Shown piece after piece: positions 1 to 9,068 of a stretch of DNA of 32,000 nt. Below the pieces are notes generated by a model. The model was not told where the DNA came from. It saw only the letters and a list, made by a program, of their open reading frames with translations, and did not search any database. The DNA is taken from NCBI RefSeq assembly GCF_000025505.1, contig NC_013849.1:240001-272000 (forward strand), given 5' to 3'. Position 1 is the first letter of the stretch, and every line of letters begins with the position of its first letter. Position numbers and translations under genes: made by a program. Source of the DNA: Ferroglobus placidus DSM 10642 (GTDB lineage: Archaea > Halobacteriota > Archaeoglobi > Archaeoglobales > Archaeoglobaceae).

Positions 1-322
1 GATAATCGAGGCGGTAAAATCCGAAAGTAAGTGGAAGAAAGCGATAAGCGTTGGAGGAACGCACTACGCTCCGAGACAAACGGAAATAGTTCTCGAAACA
101 ACCGTGACTTTCGGACACATCTTCGCAAAATACACCTTCGAATCGCTAACGCCGGAATTTCTCGTCAAAGCTTTTGAGCTGAGCGAAGCTGAATTTATTG
201 TTATAGACGAGAAGTCAGTGAATGCGAAAGTGAAGGAGAAAATCTTTTCGGCAGCTCAAAGGATTGAAGCGGAGGTTTTGAAAAGTAAGGAAGTTAAGAG
301 GAATTTCAGACTTTCCAAATAG
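1..322 (+). CDS. dtdA: D-aminoacyl-tRNA deacylase, archaeal DtdA type (3' part; the ORF runs off the left edge)
   Basis: The frame is open from nt 2. The translation ...AISVGGTHYAPRQTEIVLETTVTFGHIFAKY... matches the GG(G/T)HYAP...FGH core I recall for the archaeal DtdA/tRNA_deacylase family. The 104 start in the ORF track is only the first in-frame start-like codon. Confidence 0.6.
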   Translation, partial: IIEAVKSESKWKKAISVGGTHYAPRQTEIVLETTVTFGHIFAKYTFESLTPEFLVKAFELSEAEFIVIDEKSVNAKVKEKIFSAAQRIEAEVLKSKEVKRNFRLSK

Positions 323-353
323 CTTATTATAGTTATATTCTTAACACACATAA

Positions 354-596
354 ATGCTTGCGAAGAGAGTACTATTAATCGGAGGAGGAATACTGCTGGT
401 TTCTATTCTTGCCATTCATTTAATTATCGGTGCCGTTGCTTTCGACACGGCAGATAAAATAGATGTCGCAATCGCAAAAGAAGAGGTTGAAAAAGCAAAT
501 ACCTCTCTGAATTATATCTTAGAGAACATAGACAGATTTTGCTCGGATTGGGCAGAATGGGACGACACCTACGAATTTATTTTAAACAATAAATGA
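354..596 (+). CDS. N-terminal fragment of a CHASE4-type sensor histidine kinase (TM anchor plus start of the sensor domain), cut off by TGA at 594-596
   Basis: It has the TM helix VLLIGGGILLVSILAIHLIIGAV, then FCSDWAEWDDTYEFI, the typical start of a CHASE4 sensor domain. The domain continues in the next ORF in a different frame. Confidence 0.6.
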   Translation: MLAKRVLLIGGGILLVSILAIHLIIGAVAFDTADKIDVAIAKEEVEKANTSLNYILENIDRFCSDWAEWDDTYEFILNNK

Positions 597-603
597 GGAA
601 TAT

Positions 604-1941
604 TTGAGATCAAACTGGGTTAACGAAACTTATCCAACTTTAGGAATAAACTACGCGATATATTTCGACAAGAGGGGAAACGTGGTCTTTGCGGGAGGCT
701 ATAACCTTCTGGAAGATGAACCAATGAAAGTTCCACCCAGCATTATCGCTGAATTCAGATATCTCCTTGCTAAAAGCGACGAAGACGTAAAGAAGGGCTT
801 TCTGAGAATAAACGATGAAATTCTTATATTTTCTTCGAGACCGATACTACACAGCAATGAAACCGGACCGTTTGTTGGAACGCTGATATTTGCGAGAGTT
901 CTGGATGAAGAGATAATCAATGCGGTTCGAGAGATTTCTGGAATCAATGTCTCTATCTCGTTGACTGCTAAAAATAATACTGAGACTACACAGAAATTCG
1001 TAATGGCTACTTATCCTTTAAAAGACTACAGGGGTGAGCAGATAGCGAGCATAGTAGTGTTGAAGGATAGAATTGCCAGAAATATCCTCTATCAGTTTTA
1101 CTTACCCTTCGCATTATCTGCTGGAGTGGTCGGAGGGATAGTCATTCTTAGCTATCTTGTTTTTGTTAAAAAATACGTTGTCAAGAGACTTGAAAATGTT
1201 ACGAGCACTCTGCAAGACATTACTTTGAAAGAGGATTTCGAGAGAAGAGTTTCCGATACTGGCGACGACGAAATAGCTGTGCTGAGTAGGAACATTAACG
1301 TTCTACTCGACAAAATCTCAAAAAATTTAAAGGAAATCAAGAGTTTGAACGACGATTTAAGGCTAATTAATAGAATAATGCGGCATGACATTTTGAATTC
1401 TCTGACAGCGATTCAGTTTTATGCCGACCTTCTGGAGGAAGAGTATAAGAAGGATTACGTAGGGAAAATTAAAGAGAGCACAGAAAAAATTGTTGATCTT
1501 ATAAAGAGAATTAGAGTTTTCGAACTTTCCTTAGAAAAAGGAATTAAAATGAAACCTGTGGATTTGGAAGAGATAATTCTCGAACTTTCCAAAGAGTACG
1601 GGGTTGAAGCTGTTGTTAAGGGAGATCTTAAGGTTTTAGCCGACGACTCTATCAAAAATGTCTTCGACAACCTCATATCGAACTCCGTAAAACATGGAAG
1701 AGCAAAAAGAATTTTTGTTGAAGGCAAGAGAGAAGGGGATTTTGCGATTATAACTTTCTACGACGATGGAATCGGAATTAGGGAAGATATAGCGGATAAA
1801 ATATTCGAAGAGGGTGTAACCACTGGAGGAAGTGGTTTAGGGCTCTACATAGCTAAAAGAATCCTTGAAAAATACGGTGGGGAGATAACATTAGCGGATC
1901 GAAAACAAGCTAAGTTCCTAATAAAATTAAAGGCATCGTAA
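604..1941 (+). CDS. Sensor histidine kinase (rest of CHASE4, TM, HAMP, HisKA, HATPase_c); the ORF-track start is TTG 604
   Basis: The second TM is LPFALSAGVVGGIVILSYLVFV. A HAMP-like linker follows, then the H-box RIMRHDILNSLTAI, the N-box NLISNSVKHG and the G-boxes DDGIGI and GGSGLGLYIAKRILEKYGG. The frame is already open from 586 (TINEEY...), which continues the upstream fragment. Confidence 0.85.
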   Translation: MRSNWVNETYPTLGINYAIYFDKRGNVVFAGGYNLLEDEPMKVPPSIIAEFRYLLAKSDEDVKKGFLRINDEILIFSSRPILHSNETGPFVGTLIFARVLDEEIINAVREISGINVSISLTAKNNTETTQKFVMATYPLKDYRGEQIASIVVLKDRIARNILYQFYLPFALSAGVVGGIVILSYLVFVKKYVVKRLENVTSTLQDITLKEDFERRVSDTGDDEIAVLSRNINVLLDKISKNLKEIKSLNDDLRLINRIMRHDILNSLTAIQFYADLLEEEYKKDYVGKIKESTEKIVDLIKRIRVFELSLEKGIKMKPVDLEEIILELSKEYGVEAVVKGDLKVLADDSIKNVFDNLISNSVKHGRAKRIFVEGKREGDFAIITFYDDGIGIREDIADKIFEEGVTTGGSGLGLYIAKRILEKYGGEITLADRKQAKFLIKLKAS

Positions 1942-1975
1942 ACATTTAAATTTCCAGCAGCATCTACTTGAAAAG

Positions 1976-2917
1976 ATGAGTTTCAGTGCCAAAGAGCTGC
2001 CCACAGTCCTGACCGCTCAGGAAATAATCGATAAAGCTTACAGAAGGGCATCAAGGGTAGGAGGAAGAACGAGTAAGGAGAGAGCTTTAAACAAGCTCGC
2101 TACTATATCCAACGTGTTGAGAGACTACTTTAAAAAAGTTGTTGAAGCTCATCCCTCTTACGATAATCTGCCCCCTTTTTACAGAGAGATGATAGACATT
2201 ATAGTCGGAGTCAGGAGGATAAAAAAGAGCTTGGCAGCTATAGCATGGGCTGACAGAATGACTCAAAAAGTAATAAGCAAAGGTGTCGCTCAGATAAAAG
2301 GCGGAAAGGATCCGAGGATCGTGCTGAAGGAGGTTTATGGGAGAGTTGCTTCCATAATCGAGCAGATAGACGACGAGCTTAAATTTTTAAACGAGGCAAG
2401 AGAAAAACTCAAGGAGATTCCTACGCTAAGCGAAGACTTTACGGTAGTTTTAGCGGGCTACCCTAACGTTGGAAAGAGCAGCATAATAGCCGAAATATCC
2501 TCAGTAAAGCCGGAGGTGGCGAGCTACCCTTTCACTACGAAGAAGATAAGCGTTGGGTTTGTCGAAGATAAGGACGTAAGAATCCAAGTTATAGACACTC
2601 CCGGAATCCTCGACAGACCAATCTCCAGAAGAAACGAGATAGAGAAAAGAGCGATAGTCGCTTTAAAACACCTCGCCGATCTGATCGTCTTCGTAATAGA
2701 CCCAACGGAAACCTGTGGCTATTCATTGGAAAATCAGCTCAACTTGTTGAGAGAGGTGAAAGAGACTTTCAAAAAGCCCTTAATTGAAATATACAGCAAA
2801 TCCGACCTTCACGATTTCAAAGACAGGATGAGAGTTTCGGTTGTGACGAAAGAGGGGATAGCTGAGCTCCTCAACCTGATAAAGGAAGAAGCGAGGAAAT
2901 CAAAAAGCCGAGGATAG
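1976..2917 (+). CDS. NOG1-family GTP-binding protein
   Basis: It has a NOG1-like N-terminal helical region, G1 LAGYPNVGKSS, G3 DTPGILDRP and a G4-like SKSD. The size and architecture match archaeal Nog1 homologs. Confidence 0.8.
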   Translation: MSFSAKELPTVLTAQEIIDKAYRRASRVGGRTSKERALNKLATISNVLRDYFKKVVEAHPSYDNLPPFYREMIDIIVGVRRIKKSLAAIAWADRMTQKVISKGVAQIKGGKDPRIVLKEVYGRVASIIEQIDDELKFLNEAREKLKEIPTLSEDFTVVLAGYPNVGKSSIIAEISSVKPEVASYPFTTKKISVGFVEDKDVRIQVIDTPGILDRPISRRNEIEKRAIVALKHLADLIVFVIDPTETCGYSLENQLNLLREVKETFKKPLIEIYSKSDLHDFKDRMRVSVVTKEGIAELLNLIKEEARKSKSRG

Positions 2918-3629
2918 CCGCGGAATTTAAATAAGGTAACCCGGGAGTCGGTTTATCCACTTTTTTGAGCAGAAGAATTAGAGCAGCCGAACTGAAAGCC
3001 AGAGTGAAAATCGCCTGAATTAAGGAGGAGTAGTAAGCGGAAGATATGAAGAGGACATTCGGAATCACCACATCCCCTACACCCATGTAAGAGTTTCTCT
3101 CCTTACCCGGGACGATGAATAGCAACGGCAACTCCATCTCGCTCAGAGATTCGGCAAGCTTAACCATGTGCCCTGTTTTGTAAACCGAAACGTAATCGTA
3201 AATCGCAAGGATAGCAAGAAGGATTATAGCCGGAAGCGGCTCTAGGCTTATTCCGAAGATAGCTATAACTCCAGCAGAAACAAAGAGCGCGACGAAGTTG
3301 ACGAAGATGGGATTTTTCTTTACTGCCAAAATAAGAGTTAACACAAGGGACGGAATTAAAGCGAAAAAGCCGATGAAAGGTGTGAGAACGAAGTATATCG
3401 TAAGGAAGATTAACAGATAGAAGATTAGCTTGACGAATAGCTTGGAAAGTTTAATGAGGAATATTATCAGTGCTGTAAAGGCGAGGATTAGAAGGAAGTA
3501 GTAAAAAGAGTTCGAAACGTCCGAAGGGTTTTCGAAAGCGAAAAAGCCTTCTTCGAAAAATTTTCCAGAAAAAAGGTAAGCTAAGAAAGCTGAAGTTGTG
3601 TAGAAGAAGAAAAATACCAGCGTTCTCAT
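2871..3629 (-). CDS. Presenilin/signal-peptide-peptidase-like intramembrane aspartyl protease (A22 family homolog)
   Basis: It is a polytopic membrane protein with the YD motif (AIYDYVSVY), the GxGD motif (MGVGDVVIP) and a PAL-like motif (PGLPYLN) in the canonical order. Its 3' end overlaps the convergent GTPase gene by 47 nt. Confidence 0.7.
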   Translation of the reverse strand: MRTLVFFFFYTTSAFLAYLFSGKFFEEGFFAFENPSDVSNSFYYFLLILAFTALIIFLIKLSKLFVKLIFYLLIFLTIYFVLTPFIGFFALIPSLVLTLILAVKKNPIFVNFVALFVSAGVIAIFGISLEPLPAIILLAILAIYDYVSVYKTGHMVKLAESLSEMELPLLFIVPGKERNSYMGVGDVVIPNVLFISSAYYSSLIQAIFTLAFSSAALILLLKKVDKPTPGLPYLNSAAILGFLISSLLPLSG

Positions 3630-3631
3630 TC

Positions 3632-5413
3632 TCAGTATCTCAGGTATATCTTCTCACCCTTTGCAAGAGCCAGCTTTATTCTCTTCCCGGCATCTCTGTC
3701 TTTTCTCACCCTTACAAGCCCTCTCTTTCCGACTTCCACGGTCGCAACGTAATCGTCTCCGGCAAAGATGTCGACGGTTTTTCCCTCAAGCCCCTCGGCA
3801 TGGATGACGTAATGCTTGCCCTTTTCCTCAACAAAAGCCTCAACAACGTTTTTTCTCTCCGCCTTCAAAGGCTCAACGTCTATGGAAATTCCGAGCTCCT
3901 CCTCAATAGCCTTTATCTTCCTACCTCTCCTCCCGAGGAGGTGGGGAATTTCATCTTCAGGAACTCTGACGACGACTTTCTTATCGCTCAAAGCCTCTAT
4001 TTCGTACACAGAAACGAGATCTTTTATCTTGTTTTCAACAGCGTTAACAACGATCTTGCTAACCTCGCTCTCTTTAACCGGCATCACAACAACCTGCTCT
4101 CCGTAGGTGTAAATCTCGTATTCAACTTTCTTCGTTTCGAAGTCTATAACCTCTATAACCGGTCTCGCCAGATCCGCTTCAGTCATTCCGTAGGGAACTT
4201 TCACCGTGAAATTGAGCTCGTACACCTTTCTTATCTTTCCGGCGTCGATGAAAATGACGGTATCAACTACCTGAGGAATAACTCCAAGTTCAACTCTCCC
4301 TATCATCCTCTGTATCGCATCTATCGCTCTCGTCGCGTGAGTTACTCCTATCATACCCACTCCAGCTAAACGCATGTCAGCGAAAACTAAAAAGTCACTC
4401 GTCTTTCTCACCTCGTCGTAGATGGTGTAGTCGGGTCTAACAAGCAAAAGGACGTCTGCCGTTAAAGTCATGTCCCCTTCGAGAGGAGCATATTGTGTTA
4501 TTTCATCTCTAACCATCAGATCCCTCGGACTTTCCATCGTCTTTACCATGTACCCGTTTTCCATTAAGTAGTTGGCTATGCTCGCTGCAAAAGTGGATTT
4601 TCCAGCTCCAGGAGGACCTGCTATCAGTATTCCCCTCTGCCTCTCTATTATCCTTTTTTTCAGCTCCTCACTTATACCAAAATCCTCGAGAGTAGCCTTT
4701 GCTATCGGTCTAACAGCGGTAATCTCCATTCTGTCGGCAAACGGTCTTTCGGCTATGGCTATCCTAACGTCTCTAAGCTGAACGACCGTGGCACCTCTCC
4801 TTTCAATTTCTATGTTGCTGTCTCTATCCTGAGAAGCAGCTTCGATGATCTCGTGAGCTATTTCTCTCAGCTCTTCAAGAGTCATCGGCTCGTCCCTTAT
4901 CTTCACGAGCTTCAGTTCTCCAATTCTCCCCCTCTTAGCCATCGGAACGCATCCTTCTCTCAAATGGACGCTCGCTGTGTCTGGAGTGAAGAACTGCATA
5001 ATCTTCGTTTCCTCCGGCTTTATCACTCTCTTCTCAAGGTAAATCGCCTTTATTCCCTTGGAAATTGCCACGTAATACTGCACTCTGTCGCATGTTATGA
5101 GAACAGCCTGTTCCTCTTCAGCCACTCTTCTTATCAGATTGTCTATCTCTCCCCCCCTCGCAAGTTTAACGTGCTCAAGGGTCGGTCTCTCTCCGAGGAA
5201 AAGAACGTCAAACCCTTTCTTTTCCGCAAGCTCTCTTATTCTTTTTATCTCCTCCAGCCCCTGCAAACCCGTTATCTTTCCAAAGTTCGCCTGAGCTTCC
5301 AGTTCAGCCACAACAGCTTCCGGAATTATTATCGTTCCCTTAAGCTCTCCTTTCTCTATCATCTGGGAAACTCTGCCATCTATAATTACGCTCGTGTCGA
5401 GAACGTACTTCAT
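3632..5413 (-). CDS. PIN-domain / PilT-like ATPase with a C-terminal KH domain
   Basis: The N-terminus is PIN-like (MKYVLDTSVIIDGRV). Walker A is IAGPPGAGKSTFA. The C-terminal KH-like GxxG segment is [22 protein letters not shown]. Confidence 0.75.
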   Translation of the reverse strand: MKYVLDTSVIIDGRVSQMIEKGELKGTIIIPEAVVAELEAQANFGKITGLQGLEEIKRIRELAEKKGFDVLFLGERPTLEHVKLARGGEIDNLIRRVAEEEQAVLITCDRVQYYVAISKGIKAIYLEKRVIKPEETKIMQFFTPDTASVHLREGCVPMAKRGRIGELKLVKIRDEPMTLEELREIAHEIIEAASQDRDSNIEIERRGATVVQLRDVRIAIAERPFADRMEITAVRPIAKATLEDFGISEELKKRIIERQRGILIAGPPGAGKSTFAASIANYLMENGYMVKTMESPRDLMVRDEITQYAPLEGDMTLTADVLLLVRPDYTIYDEVRKTSDFLVFADMRLAGVGMIGVTHATRAIDAIQRMIGRVELGVIPQVVDTVIFIDAGKIRKVYELNFTVKVPYGMTEADLARPVIEVIDFETKKVEYEIYTYGEQVVVMPVKESEVSKIVVNAVENKIKDLVSVYEIEALSDKKVVVRVPEDEIPHLLGRRGRKIKAIEEELGISIDVEPLKAERKNVVEAFVEEKGKHYVIHAEGLEGKTVDIFAGDDYVATVEVGKRGLVRVRKDRDAGKRIKLALAKGEKIYLRY

Positions 5414-5728
5414 TCAGACCTCCTCCAGCTTCCTGAAAAAGCAAGAGTAATTGCCAGTGTGACAGGCAACGCCCTTCTGCTCCACAAGATAAAGAATTGC
5501 ATCCCCGTCGCAATCAACCCTAATCTCCACAACTCTTTGAACATTTCCCGACTCCTCTCCCTTCATCCAGAGCTTTTTTCTGCTTCTGCTGAAGTAATGA
5601 GCGTAGCCGGTTTTAATAGTGCGTTTTAAAGCTTCTTCGTTAGCGTAAGCTAACATTAACACCTCTTTAGTTTTTACATCTTGAACGATGACCGGAATAA
5701 GACCTTTTTCGTTGAACTTGAGATTCAT
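5414..5728 (-). CDS. hisI: Phosphoribosyl-AMP cyclohydrolase
   Basis: The sequence [52 protein letters not shown] is the conserved HisI core. Its stop abuts the next gene's start at 5413. Confidence 0.9.
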   Translation of the reverse strand: MNLKFNEKGLIPVIVQDVKTKEVLMLAYANEEALKRTIKTGYAHYFSRSRKKLWMKGEESGNVQRVVEIRVDCDGDAILYLVEQKGVACHTGNYSCFFRKLEEV

Positions 5729-5800
5729 CGTTAAGGTTTTGCAAGTAAGGTTTATAAATTATGCTGAGGAGTTTAGTAAAAATTTTATCAGGGTGATCGA

Positions 5801-6496
5801 ATGGAAAGGCTTTCAACCGGAATACTGAGTTTGGATTCTCAGCTCGGTGGTGGTTTTCCTGCTGGTAGTTTCATCGTTTTACTCGAAGATCCGGGAGCTG
5901 GAGCTGATTACTTCACTTACCACTTCGTAGCCGAGGGATTGAAGAGGGGTGAGAAAGCTCTGTACATAAGTACTGAAGAAACCGAAGAAGAGATAAAGAG
6001 AAACGTTCAGATGATCTCTGGAATTAATCCCGAAGGGCTTGATATTGTCGATTTGCTTACCCCAAAAGTTTCCCCAAAAGGAGACGCAAAAGCATATCTA
6101 AGAGCTATCACTCAAGACCCGTATAAAAGAGTTTCAGATGAAATATTCAAAAGCGATCATCAAAGAGGAGTTCTCCACAGCCTGACATACTTCGTTGAAA
6201 ACTACAGATGGGAAGAGGTAAAGGAACTTATAAATAAACTGACGATTCAAACGAGAAGAAACAACAGCGTTTTCCTTGCCACCTTTACAAAGGGCATGTT
6301 CGATCAAAAAATAGAGACAGCTATAAAGCACTACGCTGACGGTGTTATAGAGCTGAGCTTGAGGGAAGTTGAGACGGAAATCCAAAGGAGATTGAAAATA
6401 ATAAAGATAAAAGCGACGATAGTTCCGAAGAGCATACTGAGATACGACATAACAGATAAAGGAATTAGAGTAGAATCGCTGATGAGAGTTCTATGA
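5801..6496 (+). CDS. KaiC/RecA-superfamily (COG0467-like) protein with degenerate Walker motifs
   Basis: The N-terminus LSTGILSLDSQLGGGFPAGSFIVLLEDPGAGADYF follows the KaiC-like pattern, but the P-loop reads DPGAGADY instead of GxxGxGKT. The Walker-B-like strand reads GVLHSL, with no Asp. Confidence 0.6.
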   Translation: MERLSTGILSLDSQLGGGFPAGSFIVLLEDPGAGADYFTYHFVAEGLKRGEKALYISTEETEEEIKRNVQMISGINPEGLDIVDLLTPKVSPKGDAKAYLRAITQDPYKRVSDEIFKSDHQRGVLHSLTYFVENYRWEEVKELINKLTIQTRRNNSVFLATFTKGMFDQKIETAIKHYADGVIELSLREVETEIQRRLKIIKIKATIVPKSILRYDITDKGIRVESLMRVL

Positions 6497-6960
6497 AAGT
6501 AGTTGAAGGAGTTGTGGAGATAAAAGACGTGAGAGATTTCCTCTCCAAGCTCCCATGTGAAGCCACATTTATAAACGCCGAGTACGTTTTGGACAAAGAA
6601 GTTGTGGAATTTGCAGCAAAGAAGGCAAAGAAGGCTTGGGAAGAAGGGAGAAGGGTTGCAAGAAACTTTTCCACCGAAATCCTCCTTTACGTTGCCGCCA
6701 CAAGACAGATAAGAGACGCTGTGAAAATCGGGTTAAAAGAGGGAAGAAACGAGGTTGTCGTTGTAGCAGAAGAAAACTGCATAGAAAAATTGAAAAAGCT
6801 CGGATTTAAAGAGGAAAATGTTTTGAAGATCGACGAAGAAAAAGTTGAGAAAGTAATGAAATTGTATGGAATAGAAGAAAAAGAAGTTGAGATCGTTGGA
6901 AAAGAAAAACTTCCCCTCCTGATTAGGGAGAGAATAGTTTTGTTCGATCTCAGTAAGTGA
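6493..6960 (+). CDS. cgi121: KEOPS complex subunit Cgi121
   Basis: STEILLYVAATRQIRDAVKIGL and the C-terminal ERIVLFDLSK resemble archaeal Cgi121 (compare M. jannaschii ...EILVRASGQRQIHEAIKIIG...EKIALIELNK, from memory). It has an ATGA overlap with the upstream gene. Confidence 0.7.
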   Translation: MKVVEGVVEIKDVRDFLSKLPCEATFINAEYVLDKEVVEFAAKKAKKAWEEGRRVARNFSTEILLYVAATRQIRDAVKIGLKEGRNEVVVVAEENCIEKLKKLGFKEENVLKIDEEKVEKVMKLYGIEEKEVEIVGKEKLPLLIRERIVLFDLSK

Positions 6961-7553
6961 TGGTTATGCTGAAGTTAAAAGAGTCCCTTGAGTTACTGAA
7001 AAAATACGGAATTCCGGTCGTTGAAACTTTAGTAGCTTCGAACGAAGAAGAAGTTTTGAAAGCAGCGGAGAAAATAGGATATCCGGTTGTCGTAAAACCG
7101 AACGTTAGCGAGCACAAATCCGAGATAGGTGTTTTTCTTGACGTAAAAAGCGATGAAGAACTTTTAAAATGCTATAAAAATCTCGGAGGAGAGGTGGTCG
7201 TTCAGAAAATGATTAGAGGATTCGAAATTTTCCTCGGAGCTAAGGAGGACAAATTCTTCGGGAAATACGTAGCCCTCGGCTGCGGAGGAGTTCTCGTTGA
7301 ACTTTTTGAAGATGTTTCCTTCAGAGTTCTTCCATTGAGAAGAAGAGACGTGCTCGAAATGGTAGAGGAGACGAAACTTAGCAAAGTTGCGAGAGGGTTC
7401 AGAAGCTATAAACTTGACGTGGAATCTCTCGTCGAAGTAGTTCTGAGATTTTCGGAGCTAATCGAAAAAGAGAACGTTAAGGAAGCTGACGTGAATCCTT
7501 TGATCGCTAATGAAAATGGCGTATTTGCCGTTGACGCGAGAATCATTCTCTAA
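6957..7553 (+). CDS. acdB: Acetate--CoA ligase (ADP-forming), beta subunit (ATP-grasp)
   Basis: LLKKYGIPVVE...AAEKIGYPVVVKPNVSEHKSEIG...ADVNPL...AVDARIIL is the ATP-grasp module of ADP-forming acyl-CoA synthetases. In-frame ATGs at 6960 and 6966 are alternative starts. Confidence 0.7.
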   Translation: MMVMLKLKESLELLKKYGIPVVETLVASNEEEVLKAAEKIGYPVVVKPNVSEHKSEIGVFLDVKSDEELLKCYKNLGGEVVVQKMIRGFEIFLGAKEDKFFGKYVALGCGGVLVELFEDVSFRVLPLRRRDVLEMVEETKLSKVARGFRSYKLDVESLVEVVLRFSELIEKENVKEADVNPLIANENGVFAVDARIIL

Positions 7554-8922
7554 CTCTTTTATCGTATTCCCTCAAAGCCCAGAGGGATTTCGCAGCTATT
7601 TCAGGTGTTGAGAAGACTGGGATACCGTTACTTTCGAGTTCTTCCTTCACGTCGTCCCAGAAGCCTGGCGGGTAATTTAAGCACATGGTCAGCGGTTTTT
7701 CCTTCGAAGCTTTAATTATCGCTTTAGTCGGCACCTCAAGAAACTCCTCCGACCAAGAGAATATGTAGTTTATCACCGCCCCGTCCACGTTTTCGTCACC
7801 CACAGCTAGCTCAATAACTTCTCCGCAAGTTTTAGTATCGTTAGCTACGAAACCGAGATCGATAGGATTGTCTCTTATCGTGTAGGGTGGTAAAATTTCG
7901 TAAATTTGCTTCTGAGTTTCTTCAGTGAATTTTGCTAACTTTAAACCTTTTAGCTCGCAGTAATCAGAGGCTACCATCCCGAGTCCTGCAACGAGTGATA
8001 TTACTGCTACTCTATCCCCTTTCATCGGCTTCTGCATAGCCAACGCTTTAGCGAAGGACACAAGCTCGATTAAATCTTCCGCTATAACTGCTCCGTGCTG
8101 CTTTAAAGCGGAGACGTAGAGTTTGTAATTTCCAGCCATTGAGCCGGTATGAGATTTGGAAGCTTTATCAGCCTTCTCGAACCTTCCGGCTTTCATAGCC
8201 ACTACCGGCTTTACCCTGCTGACTTCTCTGATTTTTTCACACAGCTTCTTCGGCTCGTCTATTCCCTCTATGTACAGAGCTATGCTCTTCGTTTCTTTAT
8301 CGTCCTTCAAATACTCGAGCATGTCGTGGAAGTCCACGTTAAGCCTGTTTCCCAACCCAACTATCTTGCTAAAACCTATCCCCTCTCTCATCGAGTAGGG
8401 AGCGATTAAATGGCAGACTCCTCCGCTCTGACTAATTAGAGCTATATCTCCTTTCTTCAAAAGGCTTAAAGCCGGAGTAAAGCTTGCGTTTAAGTCCGCT
8501 TTCAAGTTCACCATACCGAACGTGTTCGGGCCAATAACCACAGCATTATAGCTATCAACCAACTCCTTCAACTTTTTGTGCAACTCCTCCCCATCGGCTA
8601 TCTCAGCCTCTCTGAAACCGGCTGATATTATCACGAAGGCTCTGCAACCCTTTTCAAGAAGCTCCCTCACGCTGTTGTATATCGCATCTCTCGGCACAGC
8701 GAGAATAGCCAAGTCCGGAGTTTCGGGCAGATCTTTGACGCTCCTATAAGCTTTCACTCCGAGTATCTCATCGTAGTTTGGATTTACGGCGTATATTTTT
8801 CCTTTGAACGTTTTTACAAGACTGTTCAAAGCGTGAAATCCCATCTTTTTTGGATTTTTCGTCGCTCCTATTACAGCGACGCTCTTCGGATAAAACAGCT
8901 TCTGGAAGTTCTCGATTTTCAT
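7543..8922 (-). CDS. acdA: Acetate--CoA ligase (ADP-forming), alpha subunit
   Basis: It has LFYPKSVAVIGATKNPKKMGF (CoA-binding), ISQSGGV and the phospho-His loop SKSHTGSMAG. It is convergent with acdB, with an 11-nt overlap. Confidence 0.85.
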   Translation of the reverse strand: MKIENFQKLFYPKSVAVIGATKNPKKMGFHALNSLVKTFKGKIYAVNPNYDEILGVKAYRSVKDLPETPDLAILAVPRDAIYNSVRELLEKGCRAFVIISAGFREAEIADGEELHKKLKELVDSYNAVVIGPNTFGMVNLKADLNASFTPALSLLKKGDIALISQSGGVCHLIAPYSMREGIGFSKIVGLGNRLNVDFHDMLEYLKDDKETKSIALYIEGIDEPKKLCEKIREVSRVKPVVAMKAGRFEKADKASKSHTGSMAGNYKLYVSALKQHGAVIAEDLIELVSFAKALAMQKPMKGDRVAVISLVAGLGMVASDYCELKGLKLAKFTEETQKQIYEILPPYTIRDNPIDLGFVANDTKTCGEVIELAVGDENVDGAVINYIFSWSEEFLEVPTKAIIKASKEKPLTMCLNYPPGFWDDVKEELESNGIPVFSTPEIAAKSLWALREYDKRVRE

Positions 8923-9053
8923 TGATGAAAGTTTTGAAAGGAGGATATAAAGTTTTGTCCAGCACTTTTGTTTAATTGTTGAGATGATATTACGATGAGC
9001 TGTAGATAAAAGAAGTTGTCAAAGTCAATTCAGATATTGTTATTTCCCCCCTC

Positions 9054-9068
9054 AGCATTTCGCCTAAC
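9054..9068 (+). repeat. Copy A of the short motif AGCAtTtCGCCTAAC in the left flank of the cas island
   Basis: Read directly: agcatttcgcctaac. It shares the exact 9-mer TCGCCTAAC plus an AGCA prefix with 13093-13108. Confidence 0.4.

Noticed and set aside
3596-5629. Long plus-strand ORFs (3596-4369, 3816-4106, 4572-4781, 4853-5629, 5097-5294) lie opposite the PIN/PilT-ATPase and hisI genes.
   Set aside because: They are antisense shadows of strongly supported minus-strand genes. Their translations are low-complexity (S/L/F/R-rich) with no recognisable motifs or RBS.
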